A stretch of DNA of 64,000 nt from Octopus vulgaris (GCA_951406725.2 OX597826.1:59892001-59956000), one strand, 5' to 3'; numbered from the stretch's first letter, positions 14,750 through 28,257 are shown. Numbers and translations are program-made. The notes: a model not told the origin generated them from the sequence alone.

Positions 14750-15097
14750 CACATGAAGGTAAAAAGGAAAGACCCCCTTCGGTCACGAATGAACATGGGA
14801 TTGCGCCAAGAAGGCTCCCCTTCAAGGCATAAGCACGGGCAAGGTTGTTTATGGAAGACAGGCAGTTGCCCATGCATGCAAGTCTCTCTTCTCCACACCA
14901 CCGATGTTATCCAAGAGAAAAGCAGGCGCAGATACAGCTTGGCACAAATGACATCGCAACTCATATCTACAGATGAGTGAACTGGAGCAACGTGAAAGAT
15001 ATAATGCTATTGCTCAAGAACCCAAAATGCAGCCCGGTCAAGAAATGGAACTCACTACCTCATGATTGTGAGATCGAAGTTCTAACCACTGATTCAT
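14750..15097 (-). mobile_element. tRNA-derived SINE of a third family
   Basis: Minus strand: CAGTGGTTAGAAC...GTGAGTTCCATT head, central TTCTTGAGCAA...TTTCACGTTGCTCCAGTTCACTCA.CTGTAGA.ATGAGT domain, tail GACCGAAGGGGGTCTTT. Confidence 0.65.
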
Positions 15098-15828
15098 GGA
15101 CATATACACGTACATATATATGTGTGTATGGGAGAGGTGCATTTGTTTTAGGATATTTATATCCTTCATATGCAATCATTTGATAATTTTCGTAGTGTAT
15201 TCCGTATTTAAGAGGATAAAAAACCCGTTGCAAACACGACACGCAGACACGCACACGCACGCACACAATGATACAGGCACCCAAACACATAAAAACACAC
15301 AAAAACGCACATAGGCACACGCACTCAAAGACAGTGGAGCACGAGTACATCTTCATATATATATACAAAGCATTAACGCCAGGAAACATTTAAGCAACAA
15401 ACGCATATACAAGCAGGTCGCAATAATGTTCTCCACGAACACTACAGATGTATCAATGAAATATAATTAGCAATGCAAAGAAGTCCAAATATCAACGCCA
15501 ATATTTAAAATATACGAAACAAGAATAGGAATATCTACAATTAAAAATAACAAATAAAGAGCCATCATTCACTCCATACTCCTTCGCACCAACTTCTCAC
15601 TTTCCGCATTTTATAATGATTCAATGATTTATCTCACAAATGACCAGTTCATTTATTCCAAGATGATCAAGACAAATACTACCCCCATGCGGTACACTCA
15701 GCCACACATGCGCATGCGCACACACCTACATACACACATGTGCACCCAAACGCACAAATTATGTGGTTTTATATATCTATGCATGTCTACGTATATTTTC
15801 ATTTATATATATATATATATATACATAC

Positions 15829-15881
<53 letters not shown>

Positions 15882-16006
15882 TATATATATAGTGAGTATA
15901 TGCGGAATATATACGTATATAAATACACACACACATATATATATACATATATATCTTTGTATAATTATGTATATATATATATATATATATATATAAATAT
16001 ACATAC

Positions 16007-16079
<73 letters not shown>

Positions 16080-17844
16080 TATAGGCATATATGTATATAT
16101 ATATGTATATAAATGTGTTACGTGACTCAATCAACTTCCACAATCAACCGAGAAATTCATCAACAGCTATTTTAACGCCGTTTAATATGACGTACAACAG
16201 ATGCCAAATGACCCACACCCTCCTTCACTCACTTATGCCTACGCACACATCAAGATACATTTATACACAAATGTTTTATATATATCCATACGATCACATG
16301 CCTTTCTATGCCTCCTTATGTTCCTTTGACATCATTCCTCATATTATCAATCAAGGATCTCTTTCGCGAAAATTAAGGTGTATATTACCTGCTACTTGAT
16401 TATTTTTCTTTAATCATATTTCTCATTAATGCAACTGCTGTAACTACCATTCTTTCTTTGACCTTTATATGCACAACCATTCCCCTTACATCAACACACT
16501 TCATCGTTCTTATTATTATTACGTTGCCTTTCGTTGTTCATTTTCGTTACTGTCTTTTGTTGCTGAGAGTAATTACCAAATTCCACCAGGCTGTCATTAT
16601 CCTGTCACTCAACCAGAAAAGATATAACAGCCAAAGTTCCTGTAAAATCATATGTTCATTTATCTTAGAAAATACATTTTGCAATACAGAATAATGTACA
16701 CCATTTAAAAAAAAAAAAGTATATGTTTCACAGCAGATCTGACTTAATACAATAAACACAGAAAGAAATAGAAGCAGGACCAGGAGACATGCACGAAAAC
16801 ATTTAATATTTTATGTATATTACATATTATTACTATCATTCATTTTGTTCATCATGTACAAGTACATTTCTCTTCATCATTTATTTATTTGTTTTATTAA
16901 ATTTTAGAACGATAAAAAGCTAATATTTGATAATTCCACTAAGAACTGAGGAATTGTCAAAGCCTTGCTTCAATTTTTCAAAAATTCAATAAAATAAATA
17001 AACCTATTGAATTTACTTTTCGCCCAACCTGTATATTTTACCATCTTAATTCATCTACCATCTTAACTCATCTTCTTTAAGACAATAACGTGTAACATGA
17101 ATGTGACTTGACTGCAATATCTAGCAGGTCAATCGGTCATACACGTTATTTCTGTATGATTCGTGGAGCATAATATCTTACACTTCTCACCGCAAAATAT
17201 TTTCTCACGTGTTTATTAGCTGTACCCCCACTTTACTTATTTGATCAATATCCGTTGTCTGAAATGCAAAGAATACACTTGTAGAATATTCTCTGTAACT
17301 AAATAAGACCTTAATGTTTCGCTGATGCTGTTCTATTTCTTGTTCTTTATTCTGCTGTTTTATTCCAGTCATGGCCAATGCTGTTTAATTATAATATGAA
17401 ACGGAGTTAGACTTGCTTGATTTTTCTTCAAGGGTGATCGGGCATGAAGGCATGAAGAGGCTCCCTCGTAATTTGTAATTAAATATAACAGTAGATACAA
17501 GAGAAGAATTCATGTTGCTTGTTCAGTGTAGAACACTGCAATATGTTGCCACAACGTTGACCATCCATTATCGTTATACTGTTAATATATGATTTGATGG
17601 CAATTACTGGCGAAATATTGCAGAACAAGTAAGTTGAGGCATCATTAACACTTTGTAAGAGTACATGACAAAAAAAGTATAAACACACACGTACACACAC
17701 AAACATGCACAAATACACACACAGACGGGCACACATTTGTACAAGTATATATACGCATACACGTATATATATATATATATCACATATATATCAGTCACAC
17801 ATACATTAGCACATGCATTTGTACATATATACGTATATACATAC

Positions 17845-17914
<70 letters not shown>

Positions 17915-17992
17915 GTATATCAAAATAAGCAACAAGGATATCCAGAGGTGCCTCAACTTAAGTACCATATTGATCTGAATCAGAATTTTTAC

Positions 17993-18037
<45 letters not shown>

Positions 18038-18109
18038 ACATACATACACAATAATATGTTAAGAATTGGACAATTCTGCTAATTTCTTTCTTCTACACTC
18101 AAAGATAGT

Positions 18110-18303
18110 ATTGGTTCCAAATTTTCGCACAGTGCCAGAAGATCGAGGGAGGGTTTACGTCAGTTGGTACCTATCTTATCGACCCCGAAGAGATGAAATC
18201 AAAGTCAATCTCGGGGGAATTTGAATTCAAAACGCAGTGATGGGCGAAATACCGCTAAGCATTTTGTCCAGCGTGCTAACGATTCAGCCAGCTTGCCGCC
18301 TTA
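18110..18303 (-). mobile_element. Nin/Deu-domain tRNA SINE
   Basis: Head AAGGCGGCAAGCTGGCTGAATCGTTAGCACG, B box, GACTTTG.TTTCATC..TTCGGGGTCGAT domain. Confidence 0.85.
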
Positions 18304-18312
18304 ACAATAATA

Positions 18313-18620
18313 TTCTTTTCTACTCTAGGCACAAGGCCTGAAATTTTGGGGGAGAGGGCCGGTCGACTAAATCGACTCCAGTACGCAACTGGCAATTAAT
18401 ATATCAATCCCGAAAGGATGGATGGGAGAAGTCGGTTACCTCAACCCTATTACTCAATAGGCACAATACCTGAAACTTGACTAGTACTAATTTTCCCGAC
18501 CCCCAAATGATGAAAGGCAAAGTCGACCTCGCCGGAATTTGAACTCGGGACGTAAAGACGGACGAAATGCTGCTAAGCATTTTGCCCGGTCTGCAAACGA
18601 TTCTGTCAACACGCCGCTTT
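18313..18620 (-). mobile_element. Nin/Deu-domain tRNA SINE, partly duplicated
   Basis: GAAAGGCAAAGTCGACCTCGCCGGAATTTGAACTC and tail CTTTTCTACTCTAGGCACAAGGCCTGAAATTTT on + strand. Confidence 0.8.
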
Positions 18621-18749
18621 ACAATCAATGGTTATGCTGATAATTATTGATAATTGTTGAAAGAAGCTCAAACTAGGTTCCAACCATCGACGTTGCAGTA
18701 ATCTTTACAGCAACAATAATATTAATAATGATTATAATAATAACGTTTT

Positions 18750-19208
18750 CAAATGTTAGTGTATGGTGGTCAATTTTGGGGCGAGAGGTATAAGTCGATT
18801 GCACCGATCCCATGCTCAACTGGTACATTTTTTCGACCCCGAAGGGATGAAAGGCGAAGTCGATCTCGGCGGAATTTGAACTCAGAACGTGAAGACGGCG
18901 TGCTAACGACTGTGCCAGCTCTTCGCCAGCCTCAACAAGAACATGCTCAACTGGTACATTTTTTTCGACCCCGAAAGGATGAAAGGTGAAGTCGACCTCG
19001 GCGGAATTTGAACTCAGAACGTGTTGACGGTGTACTAACGAATGTGCCAGCTCTCCGCCAGCCTCAACAAGAACATGCTAAACTGGTACATTTTTTTCGA
19101 TCCCGAAACGATGAAAGTTGAAGTCGACCTCGGCAGAATTTGAACTCAGAACACGAAGACGGCGTGCTAACGACTTTGCCAGCTCTCCGCCAGCCTCAAC
19201 AAGAACAT
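18750..19208 (-). repeat. Tandem triplication (~132 bp unit) of an internally deleted Nin-SINE
   Basis: Units start at 18811, 18942 and 19074 (CATGCT.AACTGGTACATTTT...GCCAGCCTCAACAAGAA). Confidence 0.9.
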
Positions 19209-19914
19209 CAGCAGCAACAGCAATAATATGTAACACGACTGATCGAAACATACTATCTCAGCTTTACTGTACTTGGACAGGATTGCCATGGGTGGATCAA
19301 ATTCGAATTATTTGTGTGTTTTGTTTTTATCTTGGTCCTCTTAAGAATATTTCAATTTTCAAACGTTTAATTTGCCCAAATCTGACAAACAGAATATCTA
19401 ACAGCCGGTAGAGATATTAGTTGATAGACTGGTTGGCTGGTTGTTTGCTTGGTTGATTTATTCATCTGTTCCTACTTTACCTTGTATAGAGAGAAGTAAT
19501 AAAGTTTAAAAGAGATACATAGAGAGAGTTTAAATTCAGAGGTGCAGAATAAATGACATATAACTTTCTGAATTACTTCTGTTATGAATTTTTTTAGAAA
19601 GAATATTCCGATGTTAAAACACATGAATGATGACGATGTAGTGTAGCGACTGTTATTTTGATAAAATTTTGGAAAATATATGTATATTTTTCAAAAATTC
19701 ATATGAGAAATTTGTTTTATATATTTTTATTTTAATACAATAAATATTTCTCTTTTGAAAACTAGTATCCATTTCATTATTGTGTATAGGAAGAAATGTA
19801 ACATTTAGAAGATAAATTGTAATTGTTATCTGTATATTTCCTCATGTTACATATCGTGGCTAAATCACACTTCCTATGTTACTAATCATATGACAGGTAA
19901 CACTCAGGTAGTAA

Positions 19915-20312
19915 TCTTTTCTACTCTAGGCACAAGCCCCGAAATTTTGGGGGAGGGAGCCAGTCGATTACATCGACCCCAGTGCGTAACTGCTAATTAA
20001 TGTATCGACCCCGAAAAGATGAAAGGCAAAGTCGACCTCGGCGGAATTTGAACTCAGAACGTAACGGCAGACGAAATACCTATTTCTTTACTACCCACAG
20101 GGGCGAAACACAGAGAGGACAAACAAGGACAGACAAACGGATTAAGTCGATTATATCGACCCCAGTGCGAAACTGGTACTTATTTAATCGATCCCGAAAA
20201 TATGAAAGGCAGAGTCGACCTCGGCGGAATTTGAACTCAGAACGTAACGGCAGACGAAATACGGCTAAACATTTCGCCCGGCGTGCTAGCATTTCTGCCA
20301 GCTCGCCGCCTT
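19915..20312 (-). mobile_element. Dimeric Nin-SINE, well preserved
   Basis: Two copies of GTCGACCTCGGCGGAATTTGAACTCAGAACGTAACGGCAGACGAAATAC separated by a linker also present at 41000-41070. Confidence 0.9.
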
Positions 20313-20998
20313 ACACTCAAGTAGTATTATAACGTTGTCAACGTCTTCGTTTTCATCATCATTTCCATTATCATCAACAACAAAAAAAAAAAAACATATT
20401 CTTCAACTTCGTCGTCGCCATCGGCATATGTGACGTACCAATCACTAAGCCCTCGTGCTGTTGTTTAATCCAAAATGAAGAGTAAGGAGAACTATGGTCA
20501 CTACTACTCCACGTATAAACATCCTCCTTTGCTTTACATTTCCAGACATACTATATTTAGAACAACTACATTGTATGTCCTTTTTTTTTTATTAATATAA
20601 TAGTATAGGATTTGAGGGCAACATAGATGCTACATCAAACACGTTATTGAGTACAAGATAGGATCTACAGTTACATGAAGCGTGTTGGTCTGTGGTACTT
20701 CTCACTAGTTATATACGACTGAGTACAGAAAGATTCCTGCCTTTAAGGGTATCACGAATGACTTGGCTGTTGGCCCAAACTTCCGAGGTCGTGTACAGGG
20801 TGGTTGAAGGAACGCTAAAAATGAGTGCGTAAATCTGAGAGGGGAATATGTTGGATTAAATCATATCTAGCTGATCCTCGTATTTTCTTTTACCTAAAGG
20901 CAATTACTTTTCAGTGCCACCTCGTGAGTGTATCACTGACCACTGACAGATACAGTGAATAACCAACATCAATAAGTAACTTTCGACCGCGCTTTGTA

Positions 20999-21049
<51 letters not shown>

Positions 21050-21134
21050 GTATGAGTATGTATGTATTTGTGTATATCTATGTTATACTACTACACATTC
21101 AGACATTCACACACATACGCACATACTTATATGC

Positions 21135-21188
<54 letters not shown>

Positions 21189-22241
21189 CGCTTATTGCAT
21201 GTATATATATGTATATATACACATATATAAACATACATATATATATATATATACATATGTTTATTTATATACACACATACATATATTTATATATACATCC
21301 ATGTATACATGCATTTGTATGTGTGTGTGTGTGTGTGTCAGAGAGAGCCTGCATGTGGGTGCATGTATATATGCATGTATTTTTGTAAGTATTCTCTAAC
21401 CTATTCACTCGGCCATTCACGATAATCTCGGCCAAACACTCTATAATGATCCCTATTAGTAATAACACTTTATTGTTCCCAGAACCTAATATTCTTTAAC
21501 GTTATCCAGAAAAAAAAAGAAGAAAAAAATAGAAAAAAAATATTACATTATAATTCACACGCTATGTACCTGATTTCATAAAATTTCTACATGGATGAAC
21601 AAATTTAAGCTTCGCTCTCCCGCACGATATATCTTTCCAATATAAAGCGTAAAAGAAACAGAAAGAAAAATTAAAAATAGACGTAATGTAATTCTTATAT
21701 TACTAATAACAACAACCCAATAGCGTGTTCCCAGATCAGTTCCACTACATGAATCCTTCTCTCACGCATATATACATTTTATATTCCCTGACTCTTTTTT
21801 TTTATATATATATTTTTGTTAACTATTTTGTTAGTCATGATATATTTTTCAATAATGCATATAAATCATATATAACAAAATAAATCGGAGTGAATGTATA
21901 CAACGCACACTCTCTCTCACACACACAACATACACACACCCACAAACACACTCGAACACATAGAGGTAAACACTCATCGCAATATATCTACACATACACA
22001 GAGACAGGCAGAAAGATAGACAAATTCTCATCGTAAAATGTCTCTCTCTACACACACACGCATATGCACACATATAAATTCAGTAAAGATGTGGATACAG
22101 AAAAAAAAATCTAATAGATTATTTTATAGACAGATAGTAAAACATGTATATACATAAATACTCCTGAACACAGATATATATTTTTATATGTATATTTGTG
22201 AGTGTATACACACAAACACACACATATATATACACACATAT

Positions 22242-22289
<48 letters not shown>

Positions 22290-22789
22290 GCATGTATATG
22301 CACAAACACACACACACATAATGATGTAGATAGTCAACGTAGTTTAGTAATATAAAATATATTTTAAATATATACAATAAGTACAAGATAATTCTATTCA
22401 ATACCTCTGCCGATATAACCAATTACCTCATCTTATGTAATACTATACAGCAATTAAATCCATGTTGAATATCTGATGCTTTACATCGCGTAACTTGAGA
22501 TCTCTTGTATTCAGGAATAAATACACTTAACTATTGCATCACCACTACAAATATTACGAAAGCCCTCTGCTAAAAGTATTTTTCTTCCATAGAATATGGT
22601 CTCTGCTTTTATTATTAGCAGTATTAATTAGGGATAATCACTGGCACGATACAAGAGCGAATATTCAGTGGCCGTTTCCGTAAGAATTTGCGCAAATATA
22701 TATTGCAATACATTCCGATACTGAGAATATCACAGCTATTTTTCTACAAATTGGAATGGCGTGAATAGGTTTTGTAATAGAGAATCGTT

Positions 22790-22920
22790 TTCACATCGGT
22801 CAACATGTTTAGTAGCATTTCATCTCTTCTTATGCTGTGCATTCCAATTTTTGCCCGTTCATCTTCTCAGGATTGATGAATTAAGTTCCAGGGGAGCAGT
22901 TAGGCCGATGTAATCGACTA
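22790..22920 (+). mobile_element. Degenerate Nin-SINE
   Basis: TTCATCTTCTCAGGATTGATGAATTAAGTTCCAG...GCCGATGTAATCGACT. Confidence 0.5.
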
Positions 22921-22972
22921 ACGCTACTCTGCGAAACGAGTTCAGGCCTATTGCCTGTTGTACAAAGGCTTA

Positions 22973-23048
22973 CTATTACTATTATTATTATTGTTATTAT
23001 TACAATTATCATTATTGTTGTTGTTGTTGTTGTTGTTATCATTATTAC

Positions 23049-23119
<71 letters not shown>
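22973..23119. repeat. (ATT)n/(GTT)n microsatellite
   Basis: Read directly from sequence. Confidence 0.95.
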
Positions 23120-23120
<1 letters not shown>

Positions 23121-23970
23121 AACACTCTGTAACGTGCGCCATTGCAGTGCCTATTTCACTGATCTACGTTTCTTAGCAACATTAAGAGAATTCAGAAATT
23201 TAGGAGAATTGAGCTCAAATTATTGATCTTTTGCAACGGAATCAATAATCCTCAGAGTATAAGCCTCACCTGGAAATTTCTGGATTATCTGGTTATTTAG
23301 ATTGTCAACTTCATTCTTTGTTGTTAATATTGCTTGTGATAATAATCATTGGGCACTGTTAAAATTAACATCTAAATCTTCATAGACATGTTTGATCGAA
23401 TCCTCCTTTCTGTTGACTTGGAACTGCTGAAAATCTCTAATACATCATCATATAATTGTCGTTGAACATTGGGGATTCTTCCATCACCATCTTGCAATAA
23501 GCAAACAGTCGAGCTTGAGAGGTGGTATCATTATTGCTGAGACAGTTTTACACTCTCTTATCAGTGGTGAGATGAAGTACTTCGCATTCGTGCCAAATTA
23601 CAGATTCTTTCAAACATGCTCCAATTAGAGAAGACCTTTGTGCTCTTCGAATCACTGGAAGAATTTGACGGAAATCACCACCCAAGATTATCAATTTGCC
23701 GCCAAAGATCAAATTGTTTTTCATTACATCTTTCGGTGTTCAATTCAGTGCTTCAAATAGATAACGATGATACATGGGTGCCTCTTCCCAAAATATCAAG
23801 TGTGAAATCATGAAGCAAACGGCCAGTGACATCAAGAGAAGATATTTTGCATATTGAATTTCAGTTTACCGGTATGGGCAGCTTGATCCGAGAGTGATCA
23901 GTACGACCGAGCTTCAAAAGTGTCGCAGCAATGCCCGATGACGCTGTCGCAATAGTTAGCTGGTTGATAT
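23121..23970 (-). pseudogene. Helitron RepHel PIF1-family helicase fragment with stops and frameshifts
   Basis: Minus-strand translation: IATASSGIAATLLKLGRTDHSRIKLPIP; IFWEEAPM; FGGKLIILGGDFRQILPVI; ACLKESVIW; LMLLRNVDQ*NRHCNGAR - ordered Helitron PIF1 motifs. Confidence 0.92.
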
Positions 23971-26410
23971 GGCATGTATATCGGCAAGCATTCAACAACA
24001 GGCTGCCTTGCACACACGCGCACTCATACGCGTTCTTTTTTTTTTATCTGAGACTCACAAATAGGAATGAATGAAAACAGAACATTAATACGTTGCCACA
24101 AAGGTAAATATCAAGAATTAAGTATCTGTAACAAAAGGCCCAAAAATTTGACGATGATGTGGTCAACTACGTCGGATCGATGAAAATCAACATATAATTT
24201 TAACTCTATGCATTTGTTGACAATCTGCTTAGCCTTGTGAAATTACTACTGTGGAAAAGGTGTGTGACAGGTGTGATAGAAAGGGTAATCTGTAAATGTG
24301 GTAAGCATGAGAATTAGATAGATGAATCAAGTGTGAGTAGTTAAATGTCAGTGTGAAACAAATGAGTGGGGGGGAGAAGGAAGAGATGCTTGCAGTAGTT
24401 TTCGTTTGACACAGTAACCCAGTGACATCATTTCTCGTTCAGTCCCCCAAAACCGTCTGCAACAGGCTATCACGATCGCCAGCAGGGAACTGACCGTTTT
24501 GGCTGGTCAGTGCCTACGTATATATAATAGTCTGTAGCCGATAGAAAGATGGACAAGATCCAGTTCATCTGAACGTAATTTTACCTAGCTGGTCATTAAA
24601 AACTCATCAATCACAATTTTAATTGACAGGAAAAAGAAGTTCTTCCCGCCGCAAATTTCAAAACAGTGAAAAAAGAAAGAAGAAAAATTCAGTTTCATTT
24701 TAACGATAAACGTTGTTTCATACATACAAGCATTCATAGACTTCCCTTTTACACGCCCACAAATACGTTCATTTTTATGTTACACTTCCATAGTACATAT
24801 ACACACAATTACATACATTCCTTTTACATACGCATTTGTTCTGTCTCCCTCTCTCTTTGTATCTCTTTCTCCCTCTTTGTGTGTGTGCCTCTCTCTCTTT
24901 GTGTGTCTCTCTCTGTCTCTCTTTCTTTCTTTCTTTCCGTCCTCTTGTCAACTCAACATATCTACATCTTTCTCCCTCTCTCTAACTCTAGCAATCATTT
25001 CTCTCTGTTTATCACCCCTTCCTTCGTTATTGATATGTTGTGACGGACTGACGCTTTTCCTCAATATCTTTCTTTTTTCAATCCTTCTTTCTTTCTTTCA
25101 CTCTCTACTTCATTCACCTCTTTTTCTCTAATTACCGATGGCTTCGGATAGACGGACGCGGCTCTTGTTATAATATCATTATTATTGTTGTTGTTGTTGT
25201 TATATGTTTGACTTTTGCTTTGTATTTGTACAAGTTGATAGCAAGTCTCATCTAGAGACCTCAATACACAAGTTAGAATATCATGTTGGTGTTATGCTTA
25301 GGGTCTCATATATTTAGTTTTGCATATAATATAGTTCTAGAGAATGTTGAAGAAATAATTAAAAAAATTATGAGTGCGTTTTAAAATTTGAAATTATATA
25401 GACAATATTTTACGAAGAATATGAGCAGTTACCATGAGCACTGCTTTTTGAATTTCTGCCATTTTGCTATCATTCCTAGGGCACCTATGACAACATGTAT
25501 TGTTTTAGTCTTGAGACTCCACATTTCAGATTCAGTGGAAAGGAAGCATGAGGTGAAAAACATCTTCAACAACTTCGGGCGCTGCTATGTTATCAGAAGC
25601 TGGTTTCTCAATCACGGTTACAGTCTTATTAGATGTCAGTTGTATGAGTGATTAGTATATCTGGTACTTTAGCTCCGAGTCGATCAAACACTCATGAATG
25701 GATTTAGAAGACGAAAACTGGAAAGAGGTCCGTCGCATGAATATAAGTACTTACATACACGTGTGTGTGTGTACATATACATTTATATATATATATACAC
25801 ACAGATATATACATGTATATATTTCAGATTTGATGTATTTTCATCAGTGACCCAGTATTCGGTCGCCGAGGGTTAAATATATATAGAGAGAGAGAAAGAG
25901 AGAAAGAGAGAAAGGGAGAAAGAGAGAAAGAGAGAAAGGGAGAAAGAGAGAGAGAGAGAGAGAGAGAAATGGAGAGGGAGGGAGGGAGGGAGAGAGAGAT
26001 GAAAAACTGCTGAGCATTTTGCCTGCCCTGCCAACTGACAATTTTGGTAGCTCAACGCCTTAAATTACCAACAGTCATTGACCATATCTGTTATTTTCTC
26101 CTTCATAAATTAATGAAATGAGAACATTTATTTCCCGAAAAATATGGCATGAAGTGCTTTAAAAACTTCAGTATGAGTTGCAGATAAAATTACTAACATT
26201 CTGCAGGAAGGATATTTGTTTAGTCTATACATAAATAAATTTATTGAACATTCGATAAAAAAGTGAAATAATAAAGTTAACTACAAAAATACGAAAATAC
26301 AATATTGTATATTAAAGACTGATATAAAATAGATTTTAACACTTTGCTGTAAGAAAACTTGCCAAATTTCTATTTATGTGTTTATCAATCATCTAATACC
26401 TATGAAGCAC

Positions 26411-26473
<63 letters not shown>

Positions 26474-26668
26474 TAAATATATATATATATAGAAGTATAT
26501 CAGTAGATAGATAGCTACATTTAATTATATGCCAAAGATTCAGTATTATAATAAAATAGGCTTCTGCCTATCATACTTCAGGTATAATACGCAGATGTAA
26601 AGTAAATTATAGTACGTTATTCGTCTGAATATAGAATATCATCAGGACGTTTCGTGTTTAAAATATAT

Positions 26669-26724
<56 letters not shown>

Positions 26725-26726
<2 letters not shown>

Positions 26727-26951
26727 TCTCTCTTTTTACTCTTTTATTGTTTCAATCATTTAACAGCGGCGGCGATGGTGGAGTTTCGCCTTTAGTCGAG
26801 CAAATCAACCCCAGGACTTATTCTTTGTAAGCCTACTACTTATTCTATCGGTCTTCTTTTCCGAACTGCTAAGTTACGGGGACACAAACACACCACCATC
26901 GCTTGTTAAGTGATTTTGAGGGCACAAACACAGACACACAAACATACACTT

Positions 26952-26983
<32 letters not shown>

Positions 26984-27020
26984 GTGTTTGTGTGTGTGTG
27001 TGTGTATGTAAGTGTATGTT
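26725..27020 (-). mobile_element. CORE-SINE tail half
   Basis: TTTAGTCGAGCAAATCAACCCCAGGACTTATTCTTTGTAAGCCT...CTAAGTTACGGGGAC on + strand. Confidence 0.85.
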
Positions 27021-27030
27021 TCTGTGTACT

Positions 27031-27990
27031 CTATAGTGTACTGATAGTGTACTCTATCCACTCGGGTTCTATTCCGGGTGGCCGCCCATGCACCCAAGTT
27101 CTTGTCAATTTCCTCCCACGATAAGTGGGCATAAACAGAATCTTCTCCCCTTCTAGGTGTTGGCTCGCAAAAATGCGATCCTCCACAGGGGTATCAAATA
27201 GCAACCACACTGTTGCATAATTGACACCTCTTGCAATAAACTTGATGGTTGGCAGGTGTTCTACCAAATCCTTCTCAATATCTACTTGAGAGAACACAGT
27301 GATGGTGTCGAGGGACTTGGAGTATGTCCTCAACACCACCGGTCTCTCATTAAGCTCCTTTACTCACTGCTTGAGGGGCACAATTTCCCATTCCAAGACA
27401 GTGTTTTTATTTTATGCCATGCTTTGCTAAAACACAGGAAAATGTTCAAAAATAGTTCAAAATATAGAAATAAAAGTCCAAAGGAACACAAAGAAAGAAC
27501 TGAAAGACAGAGCAGAGGAAAGAACGAAGGAAGACAGCTCCAGCACAGCAACACAATTCCGCCACTTAGGTAATCCGGGTCCACAGGTAATCCGCAAATA
27601 ATCCACAGGTAATCCTCCAGAATATTGCTTCACACAGGTACTCCAGTTCACCGTAGCAGCAAAAACCTCCTCCACGAATGGATCGAATTTTTATAAACTT
27701 CTCAAATTTTGGTAGCGAGACACGACCATCAAAACAAAATAGTTCTCACCACTAAGAGAGTTACTCAGCGCTACATCAGCAGACAAATGTTCGAGATCCG
27801 GTGAGGATTTCTTATATGAAAAAAGGAAAAACAATGTCATACAACAAATTCCCCACTATGTTACTTAAGAAAAAAGAAGCGCCTACCTTGCAGTCGCGCC
27901 TCTTCAACTGTTCTGTGATTCAAGAGGGCCACCAACGCACGTCTTGACGGTGTTCAATCTGATAAGTAACTAACAAACACGCACGCGCGT
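27031..27990 (-). mobile_element. 5' part of an L1/Tx1-like element (5' UTR plus ORF1 N-terminus)
   Basis: 5' end CAGATTGAACACCGTCAAGACGTG; disrupted ORF ...VVLRTYSKSL...IKFIARGVNYATVWLLFDT...PTYRGRKLTRTWVHGRPPGIEPEWI resembling gag/RRM-type ORF1. Confidence 0.55.
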
Positions 27991-28026
27991 AACCAAACTA
28001 CTTACCACACAGCCACTCCTACGCCT
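27991..28026 (-). mobile_element. CORE-SINE 5' head, interrupted
   Basis: Minus strand GGCGTAGGAGTGGCTGTGTGGTAAGTAGTTTGGTTAC, matching the head at 63091. Confidence 0.85.
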
Positions 28027-28038
28027 ATATAGAAAGAC

Positions 28039-28137
28039 ATTTATAGCACCTAGGTATCCCAAGCGGTCACACATCTAAGTACTAACTAGGCTCGACGTTG
28101 CTTAACTTCGGTGATCGGACGAGAACCGGTGTTTTCA
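28039..28137 (-). pseudogene. 5S rRNA pseudogene, 5'-truncated
   Basis: Minus strand TGAAAACACCGGTTCTCGTCCGATCACCGAAGTTAAGCAACGTCGAGCCTAGTTAGTACTTAGATGTGTGACCGCTTGGGATACCTAGGTGCTATA; invertebrate-type 5S lacking the first ~19 nt, with substitutions in box C and the 3' stem. Confidence 0.92.
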
Positions 28138-28151
28138 CAGATACATACATG

Positions 28152-28257
<106 letters not shown>

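Noticed and set aside
18811-19208. CRISPR-like regular repeats (also 34194-34498)
   Set aside because: Whole units are repeated with no unique spacers, no cas genes, and the context is eukaryotic
26600-26662. Minus-strand CTGATGA followed by TATTC/GAATA stem
   Set aside because: No GAAA after stem II and no stem I/III; cannot be folded as a hammerhead
28039-28137. Functional 5S rRNA gene
   Set aside because: 5' end missing, substitutions in box C and the terminal stem, single copy rather than an array
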